From positions 4,836,001-4,900,000 of the forward strand of contig CP075492.1 in NCBI GenBank assembly GCA_021613535.1: a stretch of 64,000 nt of DNA. The letters run 5' to 3'. Both the position numbers and the translations under genes were made by a program. This document shows, one piece after another, positions 61,241 through 64,000 of the stretch. Source of the stretch: Adineta vaga. Lineage: Eukaryota; Animalia; Rotifera. The notes beneath the pieces are model-generated. The model ran no database searches, was not told the origin of the DNA, and saw only the letters and a list, made by a program, of their open reading frames with translations. Positions within the stretch are counted from its first letter, which is position 1; the number at the start of each line of letters is the position of its first letter.

Positions 61241-63262
61241 ATGTTTTCATTTATCTGTCTATCAATCATTGTTTGTTTATGTCAATCATTTGAAATCAAA
61301 TCGAATTTAACATTGGATGATTATTTTAATTATACAGAATTTTCATCATTGAGTTTGTCCCCATCAGGTCAATATCTTTCATATAAAACAATACGACCAG
61401 CATGGAAATCAAATTTGTTTGAATACACACTATGGTTATATGACATTAAATCATGTCAGAAAAAATCTCTTGTTTCATCGTTTGGCCATTCTTTCAAACC
61501 ATATTGGTCACCAAGTGGAAATTCAATTGCATTTATTCACAATGAATATTTACCATCGAATTCTACTAATGAGCATCCACGTTCATCTGAAAAGATGTAC
61601 TATATTTACTTGTATTCAATTTTAACTGAAGAATTACATTCAATTGAAATGACTCTCGAATCTCCGTCTACAATGGCATGGTCTGACAAAGATTCGTCTC
61701 TTTATTTAGTTACAACGACATCAAGATTTATTAAAAATCCAGAAATCATAACTCCCTATCGAGAACATATAAATAATCATATTAGTACAATACATCGACT
61801 TGATATCGATTGGAACAATCGACCATCATTAAAAACGTTCACTTCAATTATAACAATTCCATTTCTTATCAATGAATTCCTATATGTTCCACTCGAACAA
61901 AAACTTATCTTTACATCCGGATCCACATTGATTGATGATTTGAATAATTTTGAAATCTATTCTCTTGATCTAAGAAATCGTTGGTCATTAAAAAGATTAA
62001 CGCATAATCAAAGATTTGAAATCCAATTGCAATTATCTCCGGACGGTAGACATATTCTTTTTCGAGATTATACACGGCGATCAAGTCGACCAGAATTCAA
62101 TGATACACAACGTCGATTATATTCATTAGATTTAACTAATGGACAGACTGAACGTTTGGGTAAAGATTTTCTTGGTAATATTGTCGGTTATGTTTCGAAA
62201 TCCGATGGTGGTGTTTATATTCTTGGACAACTTCGAACAAATGTTCAAATCTATGCACAACAATCATCAGAAGACAATTCGCAACATCAACTTGGTTGGA
62301 ATGGTACTTATGAACATATTTCATTATCAGCAAATCGACCTGGTTCGATGGCATTTGTTTATTCATCATTTGAAAGACCTAAAGAAATTTATTATGTTGA
62401 TGATATCAACCAGCTTTCACTTGCGAGAGCAATTACCAATGAAAATCATTATTTTACAGAAAAAGATATTCCAAAAGCGAAAGTTTACACTTGGAAAAAT
62501 GAACATGATGATGAAGTTATTGAAGGAATTCTTCATTATCCACCTGGAAAATTTGAATCGAAAAATCTTCCACTGTTCGTTCTTATGCATGGTGGCCCTT
62601 ACGATGCAAGTATCAATGCTTTTCAAGCTAATTGGTACAGTTGGGCTCCATTAGCTGCTGTACACGGTTGGCTTGTTCTAGAACCGAATTATTGTGGATC
62701 ATCAGGATATGGCGATCAATTTGTCAATGAAATTCGTCGGCAACCTTTAACTCGTCCAACACGAGATATTCTTTCAGGTGTTGATCAACTGATTAATGAT
62801 GGAATAGTTGATTCTACGAAATTAACCATTGGTGGTTATAGTTATGGTGGTTTTCTAACGAATTGGATAATTACACAAACTCCTCGTTTTAATGCTGCTC
62901 TTTCTGGTTCGGGTTCAGTTGATCATACTTCAGCTTGGGGTACAATGGATTTACCTGTACTTTTTAATCATTTATTTGGAGGATCTCCTTGGGAAGAATC
63001 ACATATTTACCAAACACAATCTCCTATTTATCAATTAGATCGAATACGTACACCAACATTGATTGTTACTGGTGAAAAAGATGTACGAGTTGATCCTGCT
63101 CAATCGTATATGTTAGAACGTGGTTTACGTTATCTTGGAGTACCAGTAAAATTACTCGTTTTTCCTGGTGAAGGACACGAATTAGATATCAATCCATGGC
63201 ATGGAAAAATAAAAGTTCGAGAAGAACTCAAATGGTTACAGAAATATGGTGATCAAATATGA
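61241..63262 (+). CDS. Secreted S9-family serine peptidase (acylaminoacyl/dipeptidyl peptidase), bacterial-type
   Basis: Signal peptide, beta-propeller (LSPSG, WSPSG, LSPDG), HGGP, GYSYGG nucleophile, DVRV Asp, EGH His; intronless. Confidence 0.93.
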   Translation: MFSFICLSIIVCLCQSFEIKSNLTLDDYFNYTEFSSLSLSPSGQYLSYKTIRPAWKSNLFEYTLWLYDIKSCQKKSLVSSFGHSFKPYWSPSGNSIAFIHNEYLPSNSTNEHPRSSEKMYYIYLYSILTEELHSIEMTLESPSTMAWSDKDSSLYLVTTTSRFIKNPEIITPYREHINNHISTIHRLDIDWNNRPSLKTFTSIITIPFLINEFLYVPLEQKLIFTSGSTLIDDLNNFEIYSLDLRNRWSLKRLTHNQRFEIQLQLSPDGRHILFRDYTRRSSRPEFNDTQRRLYSLDLTNGQTERLGKDFLGNIVGYVSKSDGGVYILGQLRTNVQIYAQQSSEDNSQHQLGWNGTYEHISLSANRPGSMAFVYSSFERPKEIYYVDDINQLSLARAITNENHYFTEKDIPKAKVYTWKNEHDDEVIEGILHYPPGKFESKNLPLFVLMHGGPYDASINAFQANWYSWAPLAAVHGWLVLEPNYCGSSGYGDQFVNEIRRQPLTRPTRDILSGVDQLINDGIVDSTKLTIGGYSYGGFLTNWIITQTPRFNAALSGSGSVDHTSAWGTMDLPVLFNHLFGGSPWEESHIYQTQSPIYQLDRIRTPTLIVTGEKDVRVDPAQSYMLERGLRYLGVPVKLLVFPGEGHELDINPWHGKIKVREELKWLQKYGDQI

Positions 63263-63322
63263 AATAAGTTTTATTAATTAAGTAAAAATCAAGTTAAAAA
63301 GACCAGTAAAAAATCATCACCT

Positions 63323-63842
63323 TTAGGCTTGTTTCTTCTTTATTTTTTGAGCTCGTTTTTCTGCTAAGACTTGTAAAATCAATAATACGATTAATAATGC
63401 TCCCATAATTGCATGATTGTTTGCTATATCTTTCAAATATCCTTCTTTTGTTCTGTTGTTTGCTTGAACATCACCTGCAAGTGATTCAACTGATTTTTTG
63501 ATTTTCAATAAAAAAATGCCGATAACTCCGAGAAATACTGGAGCACTTAAAGTATCATAAATAGTTCGTACAATATTTCGAAACATGATCAAAGCACCAA
63601 TTAAAATAGGAACAAATGCTGTCACTGAAGTATACCATGGTTGACGAAAAGCATTTTGATAATATGAAGTACATGTATTCAATTGAAAAGATGTAAGGGA
63701 AGGTGATACAAGTGAATAATGATCACAAAACATATCAATAGCCAAAAGACCTTAGAAAGAAAATATGAGACAGTGAATGATTTAGGTCAAAAAAAGTATA
63801 GGTACCAAGGGCAAACGAAATGATACATGTTGATAAACCCAT
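63323..63842 (-). CDS. SHR3-like 4-TM ER membrane chaperone, fungal-type
   Basis: Exons 63842-63806 and 63750-63323 (55-nt intron); MGLSTCIISFALG...YDTLS...LKDIANNH.I...LL..LILQ; C-terminal KKKQA dilysine signal. Confidence 0.6.
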
Positions 63843-64000
63843 TTTGATATTACTTACAGATGACCTGAAAATGAAAAGAACACGAAATTTATATGATGGT
63901 GTTTTATTCTTTCTTATCAAAAAGTAAATTAATCTTCATTTGAATAACCTTTTGACCAATAAAATAACAGTAGAAACCTGATGTAAAAGATGAATGTATA

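Noticed and set aside
1-64000. Prokaryotic origin or contamination, suggested by bacterial-type genes
   Set aside because: Spliceosomal introns, GPCRs and poly(A) signals are interleaved throughout at similar base composition
1-64000. tRNA, rRNA, telomeric repeats or autonomous transposons
   Set aside because: None recognised by eye; tRNAscan-SE, Infernal and RepeatMasker would be needed to exclude them

Overview
AT-rich (roughly 30% GC by eye) eukaryotic genomic DNA with short (~50-60 nt) GT-AG introns. The gene families (orphan rhodopsin-like GPCRs, LDLa/EGF-GPCR, ART-TM-FG-GAP, ART-TPR, ARM-TIR, LamG, Kelch, PAN-FG-GAP) and the many bacterial/fungal-type genes point to a bdelloid rotifer; this is inference, as there is no marker gene. 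The most striking part is a candidate NAD+/ADP-ribose innate-immunity locus at 18.8-42.1 kb. It holds a type II membrane ART with 21 FG-GAP repeats, a head-to-head paralogous pair of SAM-(KH-like)-Macro-TIR genes (one with the TIR catalytic Glu and macro GDI motif, one lacking both), an ARM-TIR gene and an ART-TPR gene. A second head-to-head pair (10.8-18.2 kb) shares a signal peptide and Cys-rich 'ETDxDCGG' exon-repeats but ends in different bacterial-type domains, one a GH16 with a dead nucleophile. Likely horizontally acquired genes include an M23 peptidoglycan hydrolase, DUF1295, a BBE-like oxidase, RTA1-like, DUF4326, an S9 peptidase and an SHR3-like chaperone. Many genes carry frameshifts or nonsense codons, and 42-57 kb is largely a pseudogene graveyard. 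All domain calls are by motif recognition; no searches were run.
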